Part shown: piece after piece, positions 1-11,715 of the stretch
How the letters are laid out: each line of letters begins with the position of its first letter
How positions within the stretch are numbered: position 1 is the stretch's first letter
Source of the DNA: Lytechinus pictus
Lineage: Eukaryota
Assembly (NCBI RefSeq): GCF_037042905.1
Contig: NC_087250.1
Span: 24,678,001-24,742,000 of the forward strand
DNA: 64,000 bases
Direction of reading: 5' to 3'
The notes under the pieces: model-generated
What the model saw: only the letters and a program-made list of their open reading frames with translations
Databases searched by the model: none
Told to the model about the DNA's origin: nothing
Translations under genes and position numbers: made by a program

Positions 1-1295
1 CATATTACAATTTGCAAGTGAGATCATAACATGAAAATGAGCGTAACTTACTTTTATTCCTATGGAATGTCATTAGAATAGTATTGATGTTCCCTCCAAG
101 ATTTTCTGCTCCAATGAAGTTCACTCAGATACCATGATTTCGAACATCAATTCTATAAACAGATAATTAGTCTAGCTATTTCGTTTCAGAAACTTGAAAT
201 TCGCAGAGTCCAAAAGAACGACACTCCGCACAGATATCGTAGGGAATTGTGGGACGGAAAAAATGTTTAATGCATGAGTACATGAATAAAACATTAGCGT
301 TTTATCCAATCATACAAGTGCATTATGCGTATTTTGACGTCATTCTCATGAATAAAACATTGACCCTCCAAAATCAACCTTCAAATTGTCCGCCGGCAGC
401 CATGTTTGTTATGTACAAAACCTATGGGAAATAAAAACGCGCGGAAAGAGTTACCTCTCTAGCTCCCTTCGGGAGCTTATACGTAAGATTGTATCTCTGT
501 GCCTCCTAATTGGTCTGGCGCCATCTGCGACAAATTATGCAGTCTGCTTTCCAGATTCGTACCGCAAAAAAAATGTGAGCATCTCTTGTATTTTCTACTT
601 TAATTTAAATTTTGACGAAAACTGGTAAGTGTGACTGTGAAACTATGTTGCATGTATATATATTTTAAGAGCGATGTCATTGTATGATTTATTATTAGAG
701 GGATAAGTGCAGGTACGTCAGAGATATGATAAACGAAGTGTGACCCTTTTGAGCACCGGAACCCACCACACCAGCACCACGAGTATCGCGGATGATTCTT
801 CCCGAAACTTCCCGGGAGGCATTCTTCATTGCGCTGTCGGGGGGCGGGCGCGGATCTCGAAACTGATCTGATTGAACACTCACACTCATAGCATTACGAA
901 TATTACGAATTACGAATTCAACAAATCCCCTCCTTTGGGCCTAAGACCGTCACCGCTAATCATTTTATATTAACATAGACCAAAAGCTTCAGTCTCTGTA
1001 TTTTGGTTGTTCCGCTGAACTACGTTGGCTCCACTCACCATACATAGACTGAAGGGGATGGGGCCCTGTACCTACAGCCAACGTATAGTGAACTAGCGTT
1101 TTATAGATCGCGATTTAAAACTGTTTTTTAAGCAAAATTGAAAGTTTCATGGTTTCCATTATCAAGGAAATATAAATAACTTAAGTAATTGCATACCTTG
1201 GGCCGGAGTTATTGAAAAAAATCCTCTGGATGATTGAGAAATCTGTCATCTAAGACATTTTCACCTGACCTGACGGTTTTTGTCGGGAAATAATA

Positions 1296-3710
1296 AGATG
1301 GCAAATATAGCGATCTTCAACGCTTATATATAAGCGTCGAAATTTGTAGCCATCTCCTTGTATTAGTCTATAATATACGACGTGTCAAATTGTAGCGAAC
1401 TAGTTCGCCATTTCCAGATCTCCTCTATATATATATATACGAGGGGAAATTGTAGCGAACTAGTTCGCTATTTTCCAGATCTCCTCTATATACAAACGAC
1501 GGGAAATTGTAGCGAACTAGTTCGCTATTTTTCGGATCTCCTCGATATATACACGAGGGGAATTGTAGCGAACTAGTTCGCTATTTTCCAGATCTCCTCT
1601 ATAAACAAACGACGGGAAATTGTAGCGAACTAGTTCGCTATTTTTCGGATCTCCTCGATATATACACGAGGGGAATTGTAGCGAACTATAGTTCGCTATT
1701 TTCCAGATCTCCTCTATATACATACTACGGGATTTGTAGCGAACTAGTTCGCTATTTTTCGGATCTCCTCGATATGTACACGAGGGGGAATTGTAGCGAA
1801 CTAGTTCGCTATTTTTTATTTTTCCAGATCTCCTCTATATACATACGACGGGATTTGTAGCGAACTATATACGAGGGGGCATTGTAGCGAACTAGTTCGC
1901 TATTTTTTTGGATCTCCTCTATATATACACCAGGGAGGAATTGTAGCAAACTAGTTCGCTATTTTTCGGATCTCCTCTACATGTATACGACAGGAAATTG
2001 TTGCAAACTAGTTCGCCATTTCTCATCTCCTCTCTAAAATATAAACATGGCAAACTGTAGCGAACTAGTTGGCAATTTTTCTGATCTCTTCATATACACG
2101 AGGGGGAAATTGTAGCGAACTAGTTGTCATTTTTTCCAAAGCTTACATTATTGTGAAGGCTTCAAAGTGAAAATCTGCAGGTTTTGGCTGTATATATTGA
2201 TGCCATATTGTCAAATTGTAGCAGACTAGTTCGCTATTTTCCAGATCTCCTCTATATATATATACGAGGGGGAATTGTAGCGAACCAGTTCGCTATTTTC
2301 CAGATCTCCTCTATATCCATACGACGGGATTTGTAGCTAACTAGTTCGCTACTTTTCGGATCTCCTCTATAAAATTATATACACGAGGGGGAATTGTAGC
2401 GAACTAGTTCGCTACAATTCCGTCTCTTGTATATATAAAGATTAGAAAAATAGCGAACTAGTTCACTAATTCCTCCTCGTGTATAACATTTTATAGAGGA
2501 GATCCGAAAAATAGCAAACTAGTTCGCTACAATTTTCCGTCGTATATATAAAGAGGAGATCCAAAAAATAGCGAACTAGTTCGCTACAAAAGAAGAGATC
2601 CGAAAAATAGCGAACTAGTTCGCTATAATTTCCCGTCGTATATATATAAAGAGGAGATCTGGAAAATAGCGAACTAGTTCGCTATGATTTCCCGTCGTAT
2701 ATATATATAGAGGAAATCCGAAAAATAGCGAACAAATCCCGTACTAGTATGTATCTAGAGGAGATCTGGAAAATAGCGAACTAGTTCGCTACAATTCCCC
2801 CTCGTGTATATATATCGAGGAGATCCGAAAAATAGCAAACTAGTTCGCTACAATTTTCCGTCGTATATATAAAGAGGAGATCCAAAAAATAGCAAACTAG
2901 TTCGCTACAAAAGAAGAGATCCGAAAAATAGCGAACTAGTTCGCTATAATTTCCCGTCGTATATATATAAAGAGGAGATCTGGAAAATAGCGAACTAGTT
3001 CGCTATGATTTCCCGTCGTATATATATATAGAGGAAATCCGAAAAATAGCGAACAAATCCCGTACTAGTATGTATCTAGAGGAGATCTGGAAAATAGCGA
3101 ACTAGTTCGCTACAATTCCCCCTCGTGTATATATATCGAGGAGATCCGAAAAATAGCGAACTAGTTCGCTACAATTTTCTGTCGTATATAGAGGAGATCC
3201 GAAAAATAGCGAACTAGTTCGCTACAAAAGAAGAGATCCGAAAAATAGCGAACTAGTTCGCTACAATTTCCCGTCGTATATATATATAGAGGAAATCCGA
3301 AAAATAGCGAACTAGTTCGCTACAAATCCCGTAGTATGTATCTAGAGGAGATCTGGAAAATAGCGAACTAGTTCGCTACAATTCCCCCTCGTGTATATAT
3401 CGAGGAGATCCGAAAAATAGCGAACTAGTTCGCTACAATTTCCCGTCGTTTGTATATAGAGGAGATCTAGAAAATAGCGAACTAGTTCGCTACAATTCCC
3501 CCTCGTATATATATATATAGAGGAGATCTGGAAAATAGCGAACTAGTTCGCTACAATTCCCCCTCGTATATATATATATAGAGGAGATCTGGAAATAGCG
3601 AACTAGTTCGCTACAATTTGACACGTCGTATATTATAGACTAATACAAGGAGATGGCTACAAATTTCGACGCTTATATATAAGCGTTGAAGATCGCTATA
3701 TTTGCCATCT
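1296..3710. mobile_element. Foldback-type element with internal array of about 57-bp units
   Basis: About 110-bp near-perfect terminal inverted repeats (AGATGGCAAATATAGCG...); about 40 units with palindromic core TAGCGAACTAGTTCGCTA, forward to about 2390 and reversed after 2420. Confidence 0.85.
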
Positions 3711-3725
3711 ATAAAATACCGTTTT

Positions 3726-4516
3726 TGTCTCACCTGCATAGCAGAGTGAGACTATAGGCGCCGCTTTTCCGACGGCGACGGCGGCGGCGGCGTCAACACC
3801 AAATCTTAACCTGAGGTTAAGTTTTTGAAATGACAGCATAACTTAAAAAGTATATGGACCTAGTTCATGAAACTTGGCCATAAGGTTAATCAAGTATTAC
3901 TGAACATCCTGCCTGAGTTTCATGTCACATGACCAAGGTCAAAGGTCATTTAGGGTCAATGAACTTAGACCATGTTGGGGGAATCAACATCAAAATCTTA
4001 ACCTAAGGTTAAGTTTTTGAAATGTCATCATAACTTAGAAAATATATGGATCTGATTCATGAAACTTGGACATAATAGTAATCAAGTATTACTGAACATC
4101 CTGTGCAAGTTTCAGGTCACATGATCAAGGTCAAAGGTCATTTAGGGTCAATGAACTTTGGCCAAATTGGGGTATTTGTTGAATTACAGCCATAAATTTG
4201 AAAGTGTGTTGGTCTAGTTCATAAAACTTGGACATAATAGTAATCAAGTATCACTGAAAATCCTGTGCGAGTTTCAGGTCACATGATCAAGGTCAAAGGT
4301 CATGTAAGGTCAAAGAACTTTGGCCACGTTGGGGGTATTTGTTGAAGTGCCATCATATCTCTATAAGTGTATTGGTCTAGTTCATAAAACGTGGAAATAA
4401 GAGTAACCAAGTATCACTGAACATCTTGTGCGAGTTATAGTAGTTTTCAAAATCAGCACTGCTGCTATATTGAATCGCGTGATGCAGGTGAGACGGCCAG
4501 AGGCATTCCACTTGTT
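3726..4516 (+). mobile_element. Helentron-associated (HINE/DINE-1-like) non-autonomous element
   Basis: Subterminal IR GTCTCACCTGCAT (3727-3739)/ATGCAGGTGAGAC (4482-4494), short 5' IR, (GGC)n microsatellite, four internal tandem units of about 180 bp, T-rich insertion site. Confidence 0.75.
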
Positions 4517-6575
4517 CTTGCAAGTTGCCATCTTGAATGACGTCATTATCGTTATTAACTTAATGTCTCGAATCGATATATCGCGATTATAACTAGTACT
4601 AGTACTAGTATAACTAGTATCGTTTATCTTCGGTTTCGTTCGCATATGGAGCAGATCGTATAATATCGAAAGCAATATCGATATCACATTCGTGATTGTT
4701 GACGTTCGTTTGTAAATATTTTATAGTTTGGCTGCCATTTTGACCATTTTTATCGTGTTCAACCCAATTAAACATCGGTAAAGTATATTTTTCATGCCTT
4801 TTTCATCTATATCGTTTAAAGTATTTAAACATTGAAATATCAAGTTTTAAAAGTTTGTTGTTTATACATCCTTAGATTGTAAATTCGATGTGTAAAATTA
4901 CATCAAACTTTGGACTGTGAATTGACAAAAGGGAGGGAATGAGAACACATGCGAGCCCACACGTACACCCTACCGTCGGTAAATGGGGATTACAGTAAAA
5001 TGTCAGAAATTGTTGAATAAATCCCCAGAAACGACGGTTATTCCTGTCTAATATTAACAGAGCGCTGGCAGCTGACGTCCATCAAGGCTCAAGCCGGTCG
5101 TAAAACACGCTCTCACTGATGGACAGCGGAAATCAATTGTTGTACGCTGCTCCTACCCATTGGCATTGCGATGTTGTTCGTTCACTTTATCAAAAGCAAC
5201 GCACAGCAGCGAACTTTAGCGCTATGAAAATGATAGCAGAAACAAGAAAACAGGCGTGCATAAACATATTTTTTACGTACATCGCAAACAACCGCACATG
5301 AAATGCATTGACATCACCTTGCAGATCCGTATATCTACGGCAAAAAAGCAGTTGAAATTTGACGGAGAAATGTGCGGAAAAACGTTTAAATGCATCTTTT
5401 TCGGACAGTATTGATGTCGATAGTAGCGCTTACCTTCGGTCAGAAGTTGATTTTCATTTGGGCATAAAATTCCACAGGATTGATGAAATTTAACAGGATT
5501 TTTTTGATGGTCAGACGACAATCGCATATTATAGACAGCCTAAAATAATGTACTGACAAACCGGATATGAATTGCGCATTGCATTCTAGGTAATGTAGGG
5601 ACTTTCCCTATTGGCAATCGGGGCTAAAACATGACCGTCTTTGGTCGAAAGAGGGCCAGTGATCGATCGGTGACGATCAATGGCCGAAGGAGCTTGTGTA
5701 AACAATCGCCCCGGGCGGTCGTAGTAAAAATTTGATTCTGCGTCTATCAGTGTCAGCAAGGCTCCATGACTTCTTCGTCATGGAGCCTTGCTGACACTGA
5801 TAGACGCAGAATCGAATCGAGACCTAGTAGACACCTGGGGAGTGTTTCATGAAAGGACTTGTCAGACGTTTTATCCGACAAGTCCCGTTTTATCCGACAG
5901 TTACCATAGTAACAGTGGCCCTCAGCCAATCCGAATCAAGGAAAGATGTCATATCTGACAACTTGTCCTACAAAAATGTTGTTCGAGGAGTTTTTAAACA
6001 TTAATTTTTTTTTTTTTAATTTCTCCTCGTACACAGACGGCTCGCTAGCGTGCTGCCGCCACTAGGTGAGTTACAATGCAAAATCCCCCAAGGGGCTCAT
6101 TGATTTTTGTCTTTATTTCATAAAATATATAAAAAGAACTGTACCAAAATAAAGCTTATTATTCCGTTTTGGCCTGAAATGCACCAAAACGGGGAAAAAT
6201 AAACTTAAAAGGGGAAAAAACAGTGACTTACTTTGGCTGTCGCGCAACTTCACTTCTCTGTTTTATCCGAACTTAATACATAAACATATGTTCCCCTGTA
6301 CAGATCACGCTAGAACTTGGTCTCTGTATTTGGTGAGTGAAGCCAACGGAGTTCAGCGGAACAACCAACATAACAGAGACCGAAACTTTTGGTCTAATAC
6401 CTGGATGGATTTCCCTAGTGAAATTGGTTTGTACGGGTGAATTTTATTGATATTTGAACCCGCTCACACGTATTGTGAGGTAGTATTAGTATACAAACCT
6501 CGCACCATGAACCGCGTTTGGCAGTGGATTTCTAACTACATGTAGTGGATCGCACGTGCTGGGATCCCACTTCTT

Positions 6576-6724
6576 GGGCCCGTTGCGTAAAACTTTTTAC
6601 CTGAGATAACTTTTACCGGAGTTTTTGCCCTGTGTTAAAGTCAATGGCAGAAATCAGACTAACCTTAGTTTTTAATAGTTTTTACCAGAGTTTTCTCAGG
6701 TAAAAAGTTTTATGCAACAGGCCC
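6576..6724. mobile_element. MITE (Harbinger-like)
   Basis: About 30-bp TIR GGGCCCGTTGCGTAAAACTTTTTACCTGAGA / TCTCAGGTAAAAAGTTTTATGCAACAGGCCC. Confidence 0.75.
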
Positions 6725-8054
6725 CTGGTGTCCACAAATTTTCTTGGCTTGAGTGATTTGAACCTTCAAACACCTAGTGCGTATGAAGGTTCCAAAAAAT
6801 GGGTTAAAAATAATATTAAATAAAAAAGTGAACATTTTAAGTTTTCTTACCAGGCCGATCTCGTGTAGATCCCTCGATCCGTTTGTCAACAAAGCAAATT
6901 ATACCATAGGTCTGACCTTTGAACCGCTCCGTTATGACGTACATTCGATTAGCGATGTTACAAAATGCCGTTTTGAAGAACAATTTAGAGATACAAATTA
7001 TTATTTAACAAATACTAAAATTTAATACGTGATTATGAATAATTATTATTTGAATGAACCCTTGAGTGTGTTTGAAGTGCAGCTGTGTCTGAGTGTGTAG
7101 AATGAGCCGCTGAGGTTGAGAGCTCTGCATGCCTCTGACTCAGGCTGAGATGAGGTGTGCCAATTATCAACTCTCTCCACAATCGGAACTTTTTAACTCC
7201 TACTTCAGCGTTAGCCATTATCTTCAGACACTCACTTTTATTGAACTCATCATTATATTGTATTGTGCTTTCTAACTTACTTTTCTAATTTTCATTTCCT
7301 TTTGGAGTAGAGTCTAACATTAGATGATTTTGACTTTTGTTTTTTCATTTATTTTTCCCAACTTCCCAAATAAATGTTATCTTGGAAGCTCATTTGTATC
7401 GTGTAGACCTCTAGACCTATATGATAGAAAAAAAAACTAATTAAAAGGCCTAAGTACTAGTCACTGATTTCTTTAGACTGATACTCATTATTGGAAAGGG
7501 GGGGGCAATATTTTCCATGTATGGTAGTGGATCGTATTACCGAACATTTTTCATGAATTCAGTCATGTCAAACACATTATTCTCATAAAATTCACCAAAC
7601 TTTCAATTACCTAAAATATAAATACCTAAAAATTTTGCCAAAATAGTTTTTCCTTTTTACGATATTAGCTTCCAATCGGACCCCTCTTCGCATGTAAAAT
7701 ATTTTGGTCACTTGAAAAAAGTATCGTATTACAGAACGTGTGTTTTCTATGGGAAAAGTTGAGAAAACAACAAAATTACTGATGAGCTATTTTGCCATAT
7801 TTTATTATTTTTAGAATATTGATACTTTGAAAATGTGTTTTGGACCATTTTCTTTTTATTCAAGTTCCCTTTGGAAGAATGTTGCAAAGTATGAAATTAT
7901 TTTCTGACGCCACGATGTGCGCGTTCGGTAATACAAGGCCGGTCGGCAATACAATCACTCACTATACTATCTGCTCAATGGCAAAAAGAAGCTGCTGAAA
8001 ACTGCTTATCTAATAAAAGAGAGCCAATGGAGTAAATTATAAAGTCAAAAAGGG

Positions 8055-8093
8055 GCCTAAGCTTTCGATCCTAGCAGAATCTTCGTCGGAGGC
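8055..8093 (-). ncRNA. Candidate minimal type I hammerhead ribozyme (core variant)
   Basis: Minus strand reads GCCT-CCGACGA-A-GATTC-TGCTA-GGATC-GAAA-GC-TT-AGGC: stem I GCCT/AGGC, stem II GATTC/GGATC, GAAA box, palindromic AAGCTT in place of stem III; lies at the PLE 3' end. Confidence 0.7.
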
Positions 8094-9012
8094 AAAATGA
8101 CAAACATATAAAGTGGAACAAGCATAATATAGACCACAAACAAGCTACAGCAACACTAGAAACAAGGAGACAAAAGGGGCATTAGTGAGTAGAGAAGACC
8201 AATCAGGTTAGTGAAGGGGATGAAAGAAAAGGAGTAGGCAGACACAAAGGGAAGTTAGTGTAAGTAAGGCCAAGAGGGATTAAGATAATGAGGCAGGCAA
8301 CATCAAACAGGATCTGGAACAAAACAGTGATAGAGGGATGAATAACTAGAGAATTAGTGAGAGGTGGGTCAAACAGGTTACAAAGAAAGGCTTAATAAAC
8401 TGGTGCATAAGAGTGGGGGGAAAAAAGAAGAAAAAGAATGGGGAACAACTGATAATGTGCAAAAGACATATAAGTATATATGATAAAGCATTAAACAAAC
8501 TAAGAGAAGAAGGTAAGTGTAAATATGTATCTATAAGTGATATGTATATAAATATATCCAAAAAAGAAATGTATATGAAAAAATATATAAATATATACAC
8601 ATATGGTGTAACTGATATGGTAATCCGCTAGGTGTGACGGGAAAAAACATAAGACTATATAGTAGGAAAGAAAAAAAAAAAAAAATCTGTATATGTGAAA
8701 AAGAGGAAGCAAATTGCCTAAAAAGGTAAAAGCAAATATAGAAGAGAGGGGGTGTATTATGAAGAAACCATAGTATACATGTAAATAAGCAAATGTGGTA
8801 AATCTAAAAGAGGTGAGTGGAGAAAAAACAAATATATATATATATATATATAATAATTATTATATCGCCTGAATAAGGAAGGAAAAATTGGAGCTGAGCT
8901 TGTATGAGATATGGGAGGAAAGTAGAGTAAGAAACTATAATGTAACTATTCAAAAGAGCTGAGGGGAAAAATTATATGTATATATAAATTGAAAGTGGAT
9001 AGGAAAGAAAAA

Positions 9013-11350
9013 TCAGTCGTTCCCCTCTTGGATGTTCAGGCCATGAGGTTGGGTGGTGCGAAGTCGTCTCATCCAGAGCTTCTCCCTGCTAGTACGGACT
9101 GAGTCAGGACGGGTACCTAAAGATTCGATGCCCTGTAGCATCATGTCAGTGATGGAGTGGTTGGGGAGGTTAAAATGGCGGCCAACTGGAGTGTCCAGCT
9201 TTGCTGTGTTGACGGTGGATCTGTGCCCGTAGAATCGTTTCTTGAGTGTGGTCTTGGTTTCCCCTATGTATTGTACCCTACAAACTCTGCAAGTGATGAG
9301 ATATACAACATTAGTGGTAGTGCATGTGATGTTGCCCTTGATTTGGTGAGACAGGCTGGTAGAGTTGCTGGTGAAAGTATCGCCCTCGTGAAGGTGTATT
9401 TCACATATGATGCACCTGTTGCTGGTGCATTTGAAGGTGCCATGCTGTATGGGAGAAGAATGGTTAGTGAGGGAGGGCACTTCAGCACGAACAATGAGGT
9501 CCCTGAGATTCGGTGGGCGTCGGTATGCTAGAAGGGGAGTATCGGGAACGGCCTGTTGGAGACGATCAGAAGTGTGTAAAATGTGGTGGTTATCAAACAG
9601 GATTTTGCGGAGAGGGGGTAGATTGGGATGGAAGGTGGTCACAAGCGGTATTCTGTCGGTGGTCTCCTTGTCACTTTTTGGTTTGAGAACTTCAGATCTG
9701 GGGAGAGAACGAACTTTGTTAATTGCCAGTTGGACTGCCCTGGCCCCGTGGCCCCTAGCACAGAGATGTTTCTGCAGATTCCTGGCATGGAAGGAAAAAT
9801 CAGGGTCCTCGGAGCAGATACGGCGAAGTCTGAGGGCTTGACTGTAAGCGATGCCGGTTTTGCAGTGACGGGGGTGGCAGCTGGATGAGTGGAGGTACTG
9901 GTGGGTATCTGTGGGTTTAGAGTATAGGGTAGTGGTGATACCATTAGACTTTTTCTGGACTGTAACATCAAGGAAGTGGGTTTCCTGTTGGGAGAAATCA
10001 GAAGTGAATTGGATGGTCCTGTGGAAGGAATTGATGTGGTCAATGAATGTATGGAGGCTGTCTTCATCCCTGGTCCAGATGAAGAAAATGTCGTCTATGT
10101 AACGCCACAAAATCCATGGGCGACAGGGGGCTGAATCTAACATCTGCTGTTCCAGCTTCGTCATGAAGAGACAGGCGAATGAAGGAGCCATCCGGGTGCC
10201 CATTGCTGTACCGAATATCTGTAGGTAGTGCTTGCCCATGAATGTGAAGTTGTTTTTTGTTAGTACATGAGACATCAGAGATTTGATATCGGATATGGGG
10301 GGACTGGAATGGCCACTGGCGGCCAAGGCTTCACATGATGCTTGGATACCTTCGTCGTGGGGAATGCTGGTGTACAGTGAAGAAACATCGAAAGTGCCGA
10401 TGATCGCAGTCTCGGGTATCTGGTCCTTGATGTCATTTAGTTTCCTGAGAAAGTCTGGAGTGTCGTGGATGTAAGAGGGTGCACGTGAGACAAGGGGCTT
10501 AATGTGGTAATCAACAAAAAGGGAGATGTTCTCTGTTGAGGAACCATTTCCTGAGAGGATGGGTCGACCGGGGTTGCCAGGTTTGTGGATCTTCGGGAGG
10601 AGATAGAAGCGGGCAGGTTTAGCATTAGTAGGGGAGAGAAATTTGTGGGCCTTCTCAGAGAGATACTCGCGTTCTTTCATGTCATTCAGTGTCGATTGGA
10701 TCTGTAGGGTCAGAATCAAGGAGTGCATAGTGAGATCGATTATTGAGATGTTTCATGGCTTCATCGATGTACTGCTGGCGGTCCATAACAACGACGGCTG
10801 ATCCTTTGTCTGCAGGCTTGATGATGATGTCGGACCTGTTTTTGAGTGATGAGAGAGCCTGGCGTTCTTCTCGAGGAAGGTTGTCATGTGCTCTGGTGTC
10901 GAGGGTATCTGTGGAGCGAACTTGGGATGAGACAGCTTGGATGTAAGTTTCAAGGGAAGGAACTCTATTCTTAGGTGGAATCCATGTGCTTTTCTTGTAG
11001 AAGGGCTCGGGATCAGAAGGGGGTGCATCTAAAAAGAACTCTTTGAGACGTATCCTGCGATAGAATGTAGAGAGGTCTTGGCTGAGAGCTATCTGTTCAA
11101 CTTCTGGTGGCGTGGGGCAAAACTTGAGACCTTTAGAGAGAAGAGAGGTTTCTGCTTGGGAGAGAGGGGAGGATGAGAGATTAACAACCAAATGGGGGAT
11201 ACATCATTGTTGTTGGTATGTCGTCTAAATCTGTTTGACCGTTGTCGCTTCTTTGTGAGGTTGCCTATTTTCTTGTTCCTGCGTTCAGTGAGGAGAGACC
11301 TGTGTTTAGAGAGATCAGATTCAATTTCATCATTATACTGAAGCCATTGG
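9013..11350 (-). pseudogene. PLE reverse transcriptase / GIY-YIG endonuclease ORF, broken by two frameshifts
   Basis: PLE motifs VVNLS, LSKGLKFCPTP, IKPADKG, YLLPKIHK, GRPI, FDVSSLYT, GTAMG, RYIDD, then a Cys-rich linker and VVYLITC..C...YIGET. Frame changes at about 11195 (C5 run on - strand) and about 10705 (between track ORFs 10682-11191 and 9013-10728). Confidence 0.9.
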
Positions 11351-11664
11351 GTTTAGCTTAATTAATATACTATCTGCTCATCAATATCACATTTTTTCAT
11401 TTGCCACCAAATCCAAAAATTAATTCCTTTTTGCAATTGCAAGTACTTAATGAAAACAAAATTGAAGACAGTTGTCTCCCAAATTGAAGACTTTCACTGA
11501 AATTACATGCAGGCGCCATAATTCTTAGAAAAGTCTTGCATATTTATGACATTGCTCCGGTCTGATTTGATTATCAGAAAAAAAAAGTTTAGCTTAATTA
11601 ATCCTACCCATTTTTTTTTCTTTTTTTTTCTCTGTCCCTCATTTGCAGATACCATAATATCAAG

Positions 11665-11715
11665 ATGTCATTCAAGAGAGAAGGAGATGATGGTTCACAG
11701 TTGAACCTTCTTAAG
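11665..11715 (+). CDS. SCNM1: SCNM1 coding exon 1 (MSFKREGDDGSQLNLLK)
   Basis: ATG at 11665 and GT donor at 11716; peptide matches the known SCNM1 N-terminus (MSFKREGDD.SQLN.LK). A polypyrimidine/TTGCAG acceptor ending at 11648 implies an upstream non-coding exon. Confidence 0.93.

Larger units (their letters stand above)
7978..11365 (-). mobile_element. Penelope-like retroelement (Neptune type), 5'-truncated
   Basis: RT + GIY-YIG coding region, about 1 kb pyrimidine-rich 3' region, hammerhead-like motif near the 3' end; flanked by identical TATACTATCTGCTCA at 7963-7977 and 11366-11380. Confidence 0.9.

Noticed and set aside
695..889. 64-aa minus-strand ORF in a GC-rich patch
   Set aside because: No recognisable motif or clear splice donor; cannot be supported without expression data.
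1388..3620. CRISPR array
   Set aside because: Spacers are variants of one sequence, the array inverts midway, no cas genes are present and the context is eukaryotic.
9157..11028. Short alternative-frame and antisense ORFs within the Penelope ORF
   Set aside because: Shadow ORFs of a GC-richer coding region with no independent motifs.
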